The notes: generated by a model from the sequence alone, not told the origin. Counted from the first letter of the whole stretch, positions 28,901 to 42,347 are shown. The stretch: DNA of 59,534 nucleotides, filler included, from Dugesia japonica (GCA_001938525.1; 6 parts of 6 records of this genome joined end to end with filler, not necessarily neighbours in it), one strand, 5' to 3'. Translations and numbers: made by a program.

Positions 28901-30484
28901 AGAAAAAGATGTAATAAGTGTATTAATTGTTCGTGAGAATATCTTGAATAAAAATACTGGTTTTCTCTATTTTGAAATATTTTTTTATGGGTTAGGCTAA
29001 AATTTTTTCAGACCCCTTTCGTACATCTTGCATTTTGATTTTTTTGTTAACTTCTATATCATCCATTGAATTTTTGTAAAAAGGAATTTTACCAGTTTCT
29101 CTTTCGTTAACTGGTTACATAGATATTATCTGCTAATTTTTCAAACTTTGAAAAAGATGAAATTGAAGATTTATTAAGTCTTCAATATTTCAGGACATTA
29201 ATTAAATCCTTGCCAAGATCTGCAAGTTCTGAAAGTGCTTTTCGATCTTTTCCCCAAAATCCAAATGATTCCTCATCGAAATTATTTCTTGCTTTCAGCT
29301 TGATTATTAGAACTTTCCTTTCGAGTTTGAGATTGATCAATTTGACATTTTTGAGGAATCAGTTATGTAATAATGTTTGAGCATTCAAATTTTACACACA
29401 CTCATGCATTCAATCATGAATTAACTTATTATTAAATACATATTACTCTTTCAAATATACAAAGGTCAATATAGAAATATTATTCATATATCATAGTCAT
29501 ACAATAAATTTACTATTTAAATATTATTTAATTAATATATTTTAATTTATTCCGTCTGGAGCAAAAAAATTAAACTGATATTTTATGGGGCAAAAAGATT
29601 AGACTGATTCCCACCTTTTTTTAAAAAAATATTTTTTACACAAATGTATTTTGAAATCGTTTAACCATTTAAACAAAAAGATAATTCAATTATTATATAA
29701 TTAACATGTATTGTTTTTTGCACTTACAATAACTGAACTTGGTCTGTCAAAAGAAATCATTTTCTGCCGGTTGAAACGAGCTTTCTCTCGGTCAATGATA
29801 GCTTTTCTTATACTTTCTAAATGTCGTCTTGCTTGTAATTCGTTTTTCATAATATTTTGTAAATGACTAGTTGGCAGAGGTCCTTTCCCAAGTGGAATCA
29901 ATAAATCCTCAGAATTATCGATTTTTATTTTATTCATTTTTTCAGAATTAAATGAAGGTCGGTTATCGTTCACGATTTCCTCCAATGATTGTGATCGTTT
30001 AAATTTAATAGATTTTTTCGATTTCTAATTTGATTAAAATTTTTAAAATAAATATTTAAATAGATAAAAAGTGTTTAATTTAATCAAAAATAGTTATTTT
30101 GCAAAAACAAGAGTGAGTTTTTGTTTTACAACAAATAATTGAAAAAAATCGTGCATATACACAAATTCTAAAATGTAAATGATATCTGTGAATTTATTAA
30201 GGATAAAATGATTTGTTTAAATAATCATCGAAAGTATAAAACTAATTTAAATAAATAAGAAAATAAAATTTATAATAGATATTTGATGCTTTTCCTTTAC
30301 ACAAGCAGCAAACATAATATTTGCTGTTTATGGTAAATGGGCTTTGTCTGTGAGAACTGTTAAGAAATGGTTTGCTAGGTTTAACGCTTGTGATTTGAAC
30401 CTTGACAACCAAGAAAGTTTTGCAATTACGATTACTGCGAGAATATTTCTTGGATTTAACCATTGATAGTATTTGAGAGTTCAT
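22320..30484 (-). CDS. Uncharacterised spliced host gene. Exons ~30484-30314 (tentative), 30024-29728, 22773-22551, 22505-~22320; 3' end unresolved
   Basis: Phase-consistent GT-AG junctions join KSKKSIKFKRSQSLEEIV...RPSSVI|SILKDVHEN...KGFSN|GKLLMNRPRRNSLS...QFQEML with no stops. One intron is 45 nt, another 6.95 kb. No recognised domain. Confidence 0.7.
22892..23068. repeat. (ATA/TAT)n microsatellite tracts around a gap
   Basis: Seen directly. Confidence 0.85.
23545..27040 (+). mobile_element. Inner Ty3/Gypsy element: PBS, gag, protease, RT, RNase H, integrase (decayed)
   Basis: PBS-like TGGCGACCAC at 23664. Protease LWDIGASIS, RT FSTLDIGQAYYQV / FLGH / LRSFLGMANYFR, RNase H ILDTDAS..KELLAL, integrase IDQFSK..YGKP..IVSD, tail FKVGDKVLV. 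Domain order is Gypsy-type. Confidence 0.92.
27730..29021 (+). mobile_element. Full-length (~1.29 kb) mariner element with inactivated transposase
   Basis: EYRAVIKYLFLK..., WIPK (WVPHEL-like), LTFDETW, LQDNA, YSPDLAP motifs. Degenerate TIRs (caaagactgtctgaaaagctttaagcccgaccca vs rc cgaaaggggtctgaaaaaattttagcctaaccca). TA on the right flank, TG on the left. Confidence 0.92.
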
Positions 30485-30699
30485 TTAATTAAAAACTTCG
30501 ATCAAAATGTTGTTTTTTTAATATTTGTTTAGGTAGTATTTCAAATTTTCTATTTTTGTCTTCTTAAGAAATAAACTTTTTGATTTATTTATTAGATTTA
30601 TTATTGGAATTTATTTTATTTCATTGGTTAATTTATTTAAAAATTATAAATTACATTTATTTTAGGTTTATTTACTTTAATGAGTAATTCTTAATATTT

Positions 30700-31760
30700 C
30701 TTCCAATAAAGTGTCGAAATGTAACCTGTTTCTTGTGTTTCCCATGTTATATGGTGTTGTTCTGGTGAAAATGTTATGTTTGTGTTGAAATAATTTGAAG
30801 ATTTTACTTGATATTTGTTTGAGATCTTCCTTAATTCTTGTTCGAATGATTCTGCATGTTTCACATATATGTTTCTTTACTTATAGTTCATGTTATTTAA
30901 TAAGTAAAATCTTTCTTATTGCATATATTTCTACCATCACAAATGCAAAACAAATAAATGTGGAACCATAAAAGTGTTATCGTGGTTTTTGCAATTGGAT
31001 GGTCAGAGGTGCTGGTGTTTTGAATAATATTCTTGGATTGTGCTTAAGATTAGATTATTTTATTACATTTTGCATGATTTCGCTACATTTTTTTATAATA
31101 AAAAGTAATTTAATTAATGTGTTTGATTTTTGTTTGATTTTATTAAATTTTGTATTAAAAGATAAATATTTTGATATAATTTCAGCTCTAATTCTTTCAT
31201 CTGGGATTATACCAATTTCCCGCCTAATGGTAGTATTACTGCTCTTATATAATATATGTCCACTATAAAATGGTTTCATATATAATTGGGTAGTTAATAT
31301 TTCACCAGGTTTCTCTTGGCTTAAGTATCAAGAAAAGGACTATGAGTGTCAATTGACTTCTCAAAAGTGAATTTCGTGTTATCATTATTACTATTGACTA
31401 TTTCCCAAATGTTTTTTAAAATATAATTAGTAACAAAAATGAATTTGAATGATAAATGAATTTTCTTTATTGCTTTAAGAATTTTTGGATTTTCAATGAA
31501 GTTTATAAAAATGTTTGANNNNNNNNNNNNNNNNNNNNNNNNNNNNNNNNNNNNNNNNNNNNNNNNNNNNNNNNNNNNNNNNNNNNNNNNNNNATGAAAG
31601 AACAAACACAAATTAATAAGACATTTGAAATCATTTTTCGGAATCTCTTGAAGATCTGTATGTTCTTTATATCTTTTAAAAAATTACAAAAGAACACTTG
31701 CCCTGACACGCCATTTTGTCCACCACTGGTTTAATTAGTTTTATATATTTCCATTTTGAT
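30700..31760 (-). pseudogene. Fragmented coding-like region of unknown identity
   Basis: Consecutive minus-strand ORF pieces (31503-31709, 31321-31611, 31055-31279) interrupted by stops and a gap. No recognisable domain. Confidence 0.25.
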
Positions 31761-31810
31761 GAAAAAAATAGGAATTATTAAATCTTTCATCCTTTGTATT
31801 TTTTAATTTC

Positions 31811-31813
<3 letters not shown>

Positions 31814-31874
<61 letters not shown>

Positions 31875-31882
31875 TTATTATT
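31814..31882. repeat. (TTA)n microsatellite at contig end
   Basis: Seen directly. Confidence 0.9.
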
Positions 31883-34320
31883 NNNNNNNNNNNNNNNNNN
31901 NNNNNNNNNNNNNNNNNNNNNNNNNNTTAATTAATTAANNNNNNNNNNNNNNNNNNNNNNNNNNNNNNNNNNNNNNNNNNNNTACCAGGTCAATGGCCCT
32001 AGATTTAATTTTACATAAAATTCGACCCCCTAGATTTAGGTATATAAGAAATTAACCGACCTAGGGTAAGATTCTAACAATAATATTAAGTATAATAATA
32101 GATATAACAAAATAAAAATAATAAATTTTTTTAATTGGGCTTTGTTTCAAGCCGGTTAACTGTTTTAAGTTAGGTGACTAATAAGTCACATGAAATTGTG
32201 ACATAAAGAAAANNNNNNNNNNNNNNNNNNNNNNNNNNNNNNNNNNNNNNNNNNNNNNNNNNCATGAAATTGTGACATAAAGAAAAATACTAAAAATAGA
32301 TTTTAGTTAAAATTGGTAATTTTAAAATTACCAAATATGGACAGCATATTATTTTTAGTAATTTATTTGATTGGTTGTGCAATTTAATATAAATTGCAAC
32401 CACTCGACAATAATGGGCAGAACAAAAATTTACTGAACAGAAGTTTACTACACCAAAATTTTACTGTGAATTGATTGATTAGCACAAAGGTAAATTTAAT
32501 TTTTATTGAAATCAAAATTTTAAGTTCAGTTATATTTCTAGCGTTAAGAGGCTAGTGAAATATAGCCCCTTGATCTACAGTATCGAGTTAAGATAAAATT
32601 AAAATCACTACTTAAAGTCAATAAAAGTAAACGCAGATTGTTAAATCTGGACNNNNNNNNNNNNNNNNNNNNNNNNNNNNNNNNNNNNNNNNNNNNNNNN
32701 NNNNNNNNNNNTTGTGCTAAAAACGGTGAGCCAACGTTTGTTTAGTTTTGGCAAATTGATACCTTGAATACTATGTACTTTATAGGAAAACGCCAAGTAA
32801 CGGCTTGTAAAATTACACTAAAAAATAGTCCTTTTTATAAGGTATTTGTATTGTGATATTTGATAATGAATTATTGAATCTTATTGTTTTTGTTTTCAAG
32901 TTTTTATATTATTTGATAATAATAATTAAAATATTNNNNNNNNNNNNNNNNNNNNNNNNNNNNNNNNTGAAGTAAAATATTTACATAATTACCGATTCCT
33001 TCCAAACTCATTTAATTTACCGCAACCGGAAATTAACTGATATTGGACTCAGATACGAGCATTCAGTGTGAGGATCCCTAAAATCAAAGTTACATTTTTT
33101 CAATACTTTTTAAAATACAAAAATCGCAACCAAACACATTTTTGAATCTCACAAATTTCTTTAATTAATTATATTCCTAATAGACAAAATCAAACGACAA
33201 GTACCCATTATACCACCCCATATAATTATCAATTATATGAATCCATATTAATACATATTAATTGTAATATCTATCATACCTGTTGACTAGATCGCTTATC
33301 AACCAGAATAAATTATCCCAACATAATGCAATTATCACTACAGTCCACTGAACACTTGGTCTCTCATCATTTTTATTAAATATTTAGTTTCATTTGTCAC
33401 TTAATTTAATAATGCTAAAAATTCGAAAAATTTAAGAATTTATTACAAAAACGACATCTCATTAATTAATGCAATTATCACCGTTATTTACATAGAAACA
33501 CTTTTCATATGTTATCAGCATTACTTTAGAGAATATGATACTAAATTCGTGTATAGTTCTGTGGAATTTCTCGCAGAACCTACAAAAAATGTTTAAACCA
33601 AGCAGTGATTGCACGAATCCAACTTTTTGTAGTGGTATCCTAACATTTTCAAATGAATTGAGTAAAATGAAACACTTAAACCACATAATATAACCGAATC
33701 AAGAGATAATAAAATTAGTAAATCTTTAACACAAAAATTATCTGTAACAAATGAGATTCCACTTCGCAAATAAATAAAATTAGCTCAGCACATCAGATTT
33801 GATGAATTAACGCAAATTTCTCCTTGGTTTACAAAAATGCCGTAATGAAGTTCCAACCTATTTCTAAATGAATCTATCGTTTATAGAAATTTATTTATAA
33901 TAACAATTTATTACATTCAAATTAGTTGCTGAAATGAAGATTTTATAAAAAAATACAAGATTTCAGAGTCAAATAGGAAATGCACACAACTGAATCGTCT
34001 TAAAATAATTTAACTGATATAAAATCGATTGATTGTTCCATAATAATACTCAGCTCAGAATGAAAATAAAATTCAAATTATTTGCAACAATTTTGTGCAC
34101 AAAATTATTTTTAAAAAAATTTGTGCAAAACTGGAATACTGACAAATAATTGATTACGTGCATTTAACAGAACAATTATTATTTGTAAAAAAAACACAAT
34201 TACACAAAATACAAATTAAGAAAATATATTCATGACTGAGAGAAGCTACTAAGATATCTATAAACAGCCTTCTTTTAGTTAAAGGGGGAAAATCGTTAAA
34301 TGATAGTTATATATATAGAT

Positions 34321-37078
34321 TCAATAATAAGTTTCGTTTTCTTGAGTTTCTGCGATTAAAGCTTGATCTTCAGGTAAAGGACATAATCTATTGCCAGCGG
34401 TGGAGTTTTCATCTGATATCCACTTGGGATATGCGTGGTGGGAGATCTTGATTTGATTTCGACAAATCGGACACTGATTTAATCTTGCAGCACACATTTC
34501 ACAACAGACAATGTGCATACATGGAATAAATACCCTGTTTATTTTTCGGTCTTTGCATACCACGCATTGTACTAATTCTCGAAGCATCTCCAGTTCTTTT
34601 CGCATTTCTACAACAACCTGAATACAATAAATTAAAGAATTGAAAACATTTAGATTCAATTTATTTAATATTTCAAATGTTATTAAAAATATTACAATAG
34701 ATCAAAACACGAAGAAGTTAAAAAAAAAGAAATCCAGATTTGATTTTATCGAAGCATTCAGAGTACTCGCATTTTTCAAATGAAGAAAAAAGTTAAATGT
34801 TTCATTTCTTCAAAAATTTTTCATTAAAAGATCTATAGAAAAATTGACGATTGGATTTATTCAGTAACATTCAAGCTTTACAAGTTGTATCATTAAGAAC
34901 AATTGAAGATTTTGAGGATAATGAGAAGTGTGACTACCAACTATATTTTAATTAGACTTAGCTATTACTATAAAACATGAATTTCATTAGGAGTCAGTGA
35001 AAAAAATAACCATCTATGAGCCCGTGTATCTTCAAAACAACATTCTCTTCTTATAGGCTTTCTGGTGATATTTTAGCTAAGAACCCCCTTGTCCCCAACT
35101 GTACATCTAAAGCAACACATCGTTATTAAATATAGAAATAGCATTAGTCATCTATGTTAGCACTGTTCAATTTCTACAGAAGTTCGAGACAATTTTTTAC
35201 AACAAGCCTTAGTGGGCCATATCTTCTGTAAATTTTAGGGTTTTAAAAAAAAATTCCTGTTTTCTTCAAGCTACTTTAATTGAACCTTTTCTGCAATGCA
35301 ATAACTTAAAATAAAACAGTTTTGTCATTTGGTTCTTTAATTAAAATAAAATTCACAAATTCATTTTATTTTCTTTTATTCATATTTATTTTCAAAATTA
35401 TTAAAAAGTCTCGCGGGCCGTCATGTGGACAGTGCTGATCTATGTTATTGACGCCAAAATATTTTATAAATGATGACATTTAATTTACAAAATTTTTGGA
35501 TCATATCTAAAAAATGACCCCAGGGGTAGAATTTGAACATTTTTATTATTATTATTATTATGTATTTTTTAGTGTAAATTAATTTTAGGATCAAACTTTT
35601 AATATGTATTTTTTGAATATGTTTAATTTAATATTTTTTAACACGTGATATAAAAATTACTATAAATGATTTGTTATAATAAATAGTAAATTTAAATAGC
35701 AATCAACATGTTCACTCATTATGAGGAAAAGATAAGAGTCTTACTGGAGTTTTGTATGGAAATGCCAAAATAAACATTGTAGTGACTATAAGACTACAAC
35801 ATCCATAAAAAAATATTTCATTTTTTGGTAGTTTCACAATCGATCTTAAAACTTGATTGGAGAGAGTATTTGTCAGATTAAAAAGTCGATATCGATTGTG
35901 CCATCTACAATAATTAAAATCTTCAAACTGTTGAGAACCTATGTGTCCAACTATCCAATTAAATTGCGAGGAGAAAATGTTGAATGTCAAATTGACGAAA
36001 GCTTATTTTGTCATAAGCAAAAGTATCATCGAGGCAGATTTTCAGATTCCCAAAAATGGGTATTTGGAATTGTAGACTGCAGTTATGTTCCAGCTAAAGG
36101 ATTTATGCATGTGGTACCTGATAGAAAAGCTGATACTTTATTGCCAATAATTACTCATATGAGTATAAATATTTAAATTTGTAGATCGTTGTTAATTTTG
36201 GTTTGATTTATTTAAAGAAAGAAGCGTTCGATGTAATATGGGATGTTATTTTTGTGAATGTAACTAGACACTCTCGTCTTTACAAAATTGAACCAAGGAC
36301 TATTGAATTCACAAACCTTAGATAACCTCAAAAATCTCATTAACAATGTTTCATTTATGTCTTGATTTTTACGATGCGTCTTTAATTTTTAATCAGAATT
36401 TTAAGAAATTACGGTTTTTAAAAAAGTTTTAGAATCCTGTTACAAAATTTAATAAAAAACTATGCTATCAACACAAATTGTTAAACTATTTGTTTTTGAA
36501 AGTCCCATTTAAGTTAACAAACATTAAATTATTCAGCCAAAATCTATTAAGTGCAGAGGGATATTTTCTAACTAATCCAATTTTTGGTTATTTATATGAT
36601 AAATCGGTTGCCACTTTGTATTTTCTTAACAAGTCAACTATTAGTAACATTTTTTAAAATGTTTTTTTTGGTACCACACTAGATTTATGTTTGATTATAG
36701 CAAAATATTGATAAATCAGTAAACAGTCATACATGATCGCTATGATGAATTCAGATAAGAATTAAAATGATAATTTATGCAAATGTTAGCAATATATCTT
36801 CAAAATACTATTTTTGAGAATTATGTATTATAAATAGTTTTATAGTTATAAATAGTATTATAAACTCAAAAACAAAAATTTTAAAATAAAACTATCAGTA
36901 ATTATTTTTACTTCGTCACTGGCCTGTGAAGATTCTGGATTTTTCGGAATTACATCATTAGAAGTGTGATTAACGGTATTGGTTGGACTGTTATTTGATG
37001 AGTAACTGTAAGCTCGACGACGAGCAGAATCGTAAACTTCTTTCTGTGTTTTTACAATATCGTAAAAGTAAGACCTAC
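34321..37078 (-). CDS. MYLIP: MYLIP/IDOL (Dnr1)-like FERM-RING E3 ubiquitin ligase, last two exons 37078-36912 and 34617-34321
   Basis: Exon GRSYFYDIVKTQKEVYDSARRR resembles MYLIP [21 protein letters not shown]. It splices in phase to a C3HC4 RING CVVCKDRKINRVFIPCMHIVCCEMCAARLNQCPICR. FERM exons were not located. Confidence 0.8.
35158..35437. mobile_element. hAT-type MITE (280 bp) with perfect 8-bp TSD ATCTATGT
   Basis: Ends tagcactgttca / tggacagtgctg. ATCTATGT at 35150-35157 and 35438-35445. Confidence 0.85.
35853..36176 (+). mobile_element. Merlin / IS1595(ISXO2)-like transposase fragment inside the MYLIP-like intron
   Basis: VECQIDESLF..KQKYHRGR..KWVFGIVD..VPDRKADTLLPII is the characteristic Merlin N-terminal DDE block. 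Confidence 0.85.
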
Positions 37079-37838
37079 CTATATAGGGAAAAAATAATTT
37101 TAGAATGGTGATTTGTTTATGTTTTAATTTATCAATAAAAATTTAAAGAATATAAAATAAAGAAAATCTGAAATTTATATTATTAGTTTAATTTATATGA
37201 TTAATTTAAAGTTATTATAGAATTTAAAATTTATTAAACAAATAAATTGTACGATAAAAATCAAGAAATTATATATTTTTTGTAAAACTCCAATAATTAT
37301 CTTTCAATTGTTAATTGGTATCAACAAATCATAATACTGAAATTGTTGTCAAATTATTATTATTCGTTTCAAATAAAATAAAATTAATTTATTAAAATTT
37401 CATCGCTGCTTAATTCAAAATTTTGTAAATTTCTATCACCATATTTTTGTTCTTTAAGTAGAAGCAGTAGCGTAGCACGGTAAGGATGTACTTCACGTCA
37501 TTTTTGAAAATGCGTCCTCCCCAATTTAAATATAAAAAAGTTTGTTAAATGTTCTTATTTTTTCAATAATATTATTAAACTACATTCAATTTAATTGAAT
37601 CTGTTACTTTTTTTAGGATTGGTACTTTATTACCTTTTTGTAAAATAGTAAAATTTATTATGTAATTCACATATTACTTTTTTGCCCTAAGAATCGAAAT
37701 GATTACCCAACTCAAAAAAAANNNNNNNNNNNNNNNNNNNNNNNNNNNNNTAATAATATTCACTTTCCTGAAAACGAGAGGAAAATAATTGAAAAAACAT
37801 ACAAGGCTATGAATAAATATATTTAATAATTTGAATTA

Positions 37839-38150
37839 CCGTATTTGTAAAATTGTCTACTGTATTCTATACACAGTAATGACTTATCCAATAAATTTTT
37901 AATTGAATTTCAGGTACGACTTATCTATTAATTTTTTATGGTATTATTAAATTGTAATATTTTTATATATTCTTAATGGATAATTATTCAATTTAATCAA
38001 ATTCATATCAATTTACAAATAAATGTTTTAATTTTATTGAATATTTTGTATTGCTACTTATATTCAGGAGCGACTTATCTAGTATGTTTTACTGATTTTC
38101 AAGGTCACGCGACCTACATTCGGAAGCGACTTAAAACCCGGAAAATACGA
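37839..38150. mobile_element. pogo-type MITE with TA TSD
   Basis: TA|CCGTATTT ... AAAATACGA|TA, with repeated subterminal (GC)GACTTA motifs. Confidence 0.65.
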
Positions 38151-38808
38151 TAATATATTAAAATATATAATCTTATAGCAATGATAATCCAATATGTATT
38201 AAAAGTATTGTGCAAAAATCAAAATTATTTTAGAAAATTTTTAGAAAAATTAACTTTACTCTAAAAATACAACAGTTAATTTTGAATTACTTTTTCTTAA
38301 TTTAACACCATTAACAAATATTGAAAAATTATTCGTGTTAAAGGTCAAATATTTGAGTGTTTTTAAATCAAATAAAGTTATTTAGTTACATTGTATACTT
38401 TTAATAATGGAAATTCAGAAATTGATGAAGATTAAATTCACTTGTACAGTAAATTTCATTAAATATTGATTAAGAATTTATCATACTTAGATAAATTAAT
38501 TATTTGTTAATTAATATTTCTTCGTGTTTAGTTCAGTAGAGTATGGAAATATAGTTTATATCAAGTGGTTTTCGTGTTATACAATGCTGTTCCGGAGATA
38601 TTTTATGTACATTATTAATTCATGGTAGCATATATCCACTGTGAAATGATTTCATATATACCCTGAATTTTTGATTAATCTCTAAAGTATTTATTGGGCT
38701 TGAAAAATTGAATTGAAAAAATAGAACCCCTTTATTATAAAATATATTTATGTAAAAAATGGAAAAATAAAGTTCCATAATCTGATCTAATTGCTCAGCG
38801 TCTTAAAT

Positions 38809-38968
38809 CTGGCATGTGTAACTTAGACGTGACCGCGAGCCGGAAAATAAATTACATCAAATATTGGGTCTGGTTTATAATTATAAGGTTTTGAAATTAT
38901 TATGAGGGCCGGATAAAATCAAGCAGTAAGCTGGATCCAACTCGGGGGCCGTATGTTGCACATGCCTG
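38809..38968. mobile_element. hAT (Charlie-like) MITE, 160 bp
   Basis: Ends ctggcatgtgtaac / gttgcacatgcctg. Flanks tcttaaat / gcataaat match 6/8. Internal GGGCCG motifs. Confidence 0.7.
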
Positions 38969-40396
38969 GCATAAATAATAATGCATGTTGATGTAATGAT
39001 GTTTTTTTTATTTAGAATTATTTTAAGGTAACTTATTGATTTCCTAAATTTCCCGTGCCATAAAATTTTCAATTTTTTCTTGGAAAATTCGAAATAAACT
39101 TGTAATAAAATGTAAAATACTTTATATTAATTTAATTAGAATCCAAATACATTAAAATCGTTATCAATAAATGGTCAACTTAATACGTTCACGTTCAGTG
39201 TCAAATTAATATATCGGATATTTTTTTTCTCCTTGAATCTGTTAATAGATAAATGAATGCATCTAGATAATGCGTCTATAAATGATAAATATTGAAATGC
39301 ACAAAAAACTGAAGCTGATTAAATAAATTGGTTTAAAATTTAATCAAAAGAAAAATTTTCCAATGAAAATTATAGGATTGAAAAAAAACATGGTCGTAAT
39401 AAAACATGGTTCAAAGTCGATTTTAAAATTAAGACAATCAGAAATTAAGAATATTCTAATTGAAAATTTTTAACTCATAAATAAATTAGCATAATTACAT
39501 TTTTTTGAGATTTTCTCCACCAAGATCGAATTTAATTAAGATTATATACGAAATAGCTAAGATTGATTTTGAAAAATATGGAATTTCTCATATGAAAAAA
39601 TTCAAATATTAAGTTCAGATTCAATTTCAAAAATTGGAATTTATTTTATATTTATACAAAACTATAATTTGAAATTCACTGATATTCTTCTTATTTACTT
39701 GAATACATTTCATGAGTGTTTTATTGAAACTAAATCGAAATGTTTTCTTAATGTAACAAGCCTAACTGGCACCCAGAGCACAATACCTTTTTTCCATTCC
39801 CCCACTCCCCGAAAACCAGAAAAACATTCAGCAGTAATTAATTAATTAAGTTAAAAAAAATTTTTTTTGGACGCAGAAAATCTTGTTCATATTAGGGATC
39901 ATTTCATTTCGCCCGGGGCATGATAGAACCCCTTCCCTCCTTGCTACGCCACTGAATCGAATGTTAATTACATCTTTATCCATATGTTTTTAACCATACC
40001 AAACATTTATGAATAACCTACATTCTACTTTATCTTTCACTCGGCAATTTCTCCAAATTATTTCTAATACTGTAATTACAATAACAAAAAAGAAATGATT
40101 TCTTTGGTGAATTTATGACTTACTAAAATTTTCAAAAAATTATTAAATCATATTTTAAAATTACAAATTTTCAATTATTATTTAAAATTATTTTTATTAT
40201 TGCATACAGATATAAAATTTTGGGAAAATCATCAATAGGAAATTTGAATTTTAACTATATATTTTTTAAACATGCAGTAAAATATAAATGACAAAANNNN
40301 NNNNNNNNNNNNNNNNNNNNNNNNNNNNNNNNNNNNNNNNTTAATTAATTAANNNNNNNNNNNNNNNNNNNNNNNNNNNNNNNNNNNNNNNNNNNN

Positions 40397-40483
40397 TTAT
40401 CTTTCGAAGAGTTTATGATGCGAATTATGTGACACAAATATAAATACATATATTATTTAAATTAATTAGTCAATTAATTATAT
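40397..40483 (-). repeat. Copy of the Gypsy LTR-like segment seen at 10577-10681
   Basis: Near-identical reverse complement (ttatctttcgaagagtttatgatgcgaattatgtgacacaaat...). Confidence 0.85.
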
Positions 40484-40491
40484 CCCTAATA

Positions 40492-40910
40492 ATGATGATA
40501 TATTTAAAATTGGACGTATTCTTGCTATCAGATTTTTTTCAACAATTGCGAGCAAATTCGCTAGCGCACAACAATTTGGACTCATTGGCATATTTTGGAA
40601 TCCCATGTATGAGTTGGGCTTCTGCGTTAATGACTCTAAATCAACCGATTGAGCTTTGGACGGACAATTATAAGTTCACCTTTTTTGATGGCGGAATAAG
40701 AGTTGGACTCACCTTTAAAAATAAGCATTATGTCGTCGCAAATGATGAAACAAAATTGTTGTATATTGATATCAACAGCTTATATGGTTAAGCATTAAGG
40801 CAAAAGTTGTCCTATAAAGATTTTGAGTAGATTTATTCGGATTTGGATGTAATATTGGAAGAATGTAAGTGAGCAGACCTGGAATCATTATCCTACAGTT
40901 ATACATTAGT
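40492..40910 (+). pseudogene. Polinton/Maverick-type protein-primed DNA polymerase B fragment
   Basis: YLKLDVFLLSDFF (Exo III), GIRVG and LLYIDINSLYG (pol motif A). Collinear with ORF 54093-54458. In-frame stops downstream. Confidence 0.85.
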
Positions 40911-42347
40911 TATTAATTTTTTTATTATTTTAAATAGAATTTTTAATTTTTTAAGTATGTTTTGATATTAAAAAAATTTTAATTATTATTTTGATCATTT
41001 AATAACAATTGAAAAGAAAAAAAGTATAATTATTTTATTTAAATTAATTTAAATCATTTATTAAAAATTTTTTAAATAACATTTACATTCAATTTTAATT
41101 TCGTGAACTATATATGCATCCTGCTTCATATTTTGATAGAATTATCAGTCCAATTGTACTGACAGATGTACAAAAAACAGAATTCGAAAAGTGTATAATG
41201 ATTACATGAGTGAACTGATATATGATGAAAGGGACATGCCCAAGAAATTTTCAAATTATTTTTATTTACTTGCAAGAATCCTCTGAGCTCTTGAAAAAAA
41301 AGTTAATTTTAATTAAATTTACAAATTTATTATTCATGAATTTATAAATGTTAATAACGTTGTTTCTAGATTAGAAGATAGTTTTCAAATAAACGACATA
41401 ACTTTCAAGAAAAAATAAGAATAACAATACTTAATTAATGTTTCTTTGGATTTTCTATTGTTATATTTTTGTTTTGTGTATTACTATTATTATTTTTTAT
41501 TTGCTTATTATTTATATTATTATAATATTTATTATTTTTGTTATTAATATTGTTATTATTGATTAAACTTTCAGCAGTTCAGACGCCTTTTAGGTTTCTT
41601 TTAGAAGAAGCGTATGGAATTTGTCAATACTATGATTCATCCACCCATCAGGAATTATTAACTTCCATTAGGGACAAGACAAAAGTTAAATATTTTATTT
41701 AAATATTTCATATTTTAACGTAGTATTTCTAGATTCAAACTTGGTTTAACAATAAAAGGGCCAAGAAGAACTAATTACTAAAGCGTTTAAATGTACAAGA
41801 GCGTCATAATTTATTATTATTTTGAATTAATGTCTTTGTCAAGATAGACTTGTTAGTAATATATTTGTTATTGACCAAATTGTATATGCATGCCACAAAA
41901 TTTGCATGTACTTCACTTCATTGCTTCGGTACATTTCTTGGGCCGGATTCGCTCCATAGCATTTTTGTGCTATGAAAGTGGCCTATTCCCTATCTCAGTA
42001 AGTCTTAGGAACATCTATCAGTAGTTTGTTGTATTGCTATTTGTACTTTTAATTTGCTATTCTTTTTTCTAGGTTCACAGAGTCAAGGTCTGACAGTTTT
42101 TTTCTCTTTTTTGGTCGCTTAAAATTCTTTGTGCCTCGACTTCTTTTGAACCACGAATATTGCAATATTTAAAATTTCCATGAGTTCCGATTTACTGGTG
42201 GTTTATTAAAAATACAATAAATCTTTATCGTAACAAAAAAACCAGAAACCACATATAATCCGTTATTAATTATTACTTTATTATTTTACGCCGTAGTTCC
42301 TTATTGAGCATAATTTCATTCTGAATGACAAGCCAATCTTTAAAACT

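Larger units (their letters stand above)
23071..29503 (-). mobile_element. Outer Gypsy element of a nest: LTR remnants at both ends, gag split by a mariner, integrase C-terminus at 23200-23530
   Basis: 45-bp direct repeat 23112-23156 / 29445-29489 with 3 mismatches. Gag fragments 29022-29370 and 27376-27729 rejoin as KIKMQDV|EDVDKMKEVIIKID, homologous to the gag at 10884. Integrase tail RKFNIGDEVLIKRE..RYEGP. Confidence 0.75.

Noticed and set aside
37465-39954. hAT-like ends CAGTAGCGTAGCA (37465) and TGCTACGCCACTG (39954) as one 2.5-kb element
   Set aside because: Flanking 8-mers do not match; more likely ends of separate MITEs.
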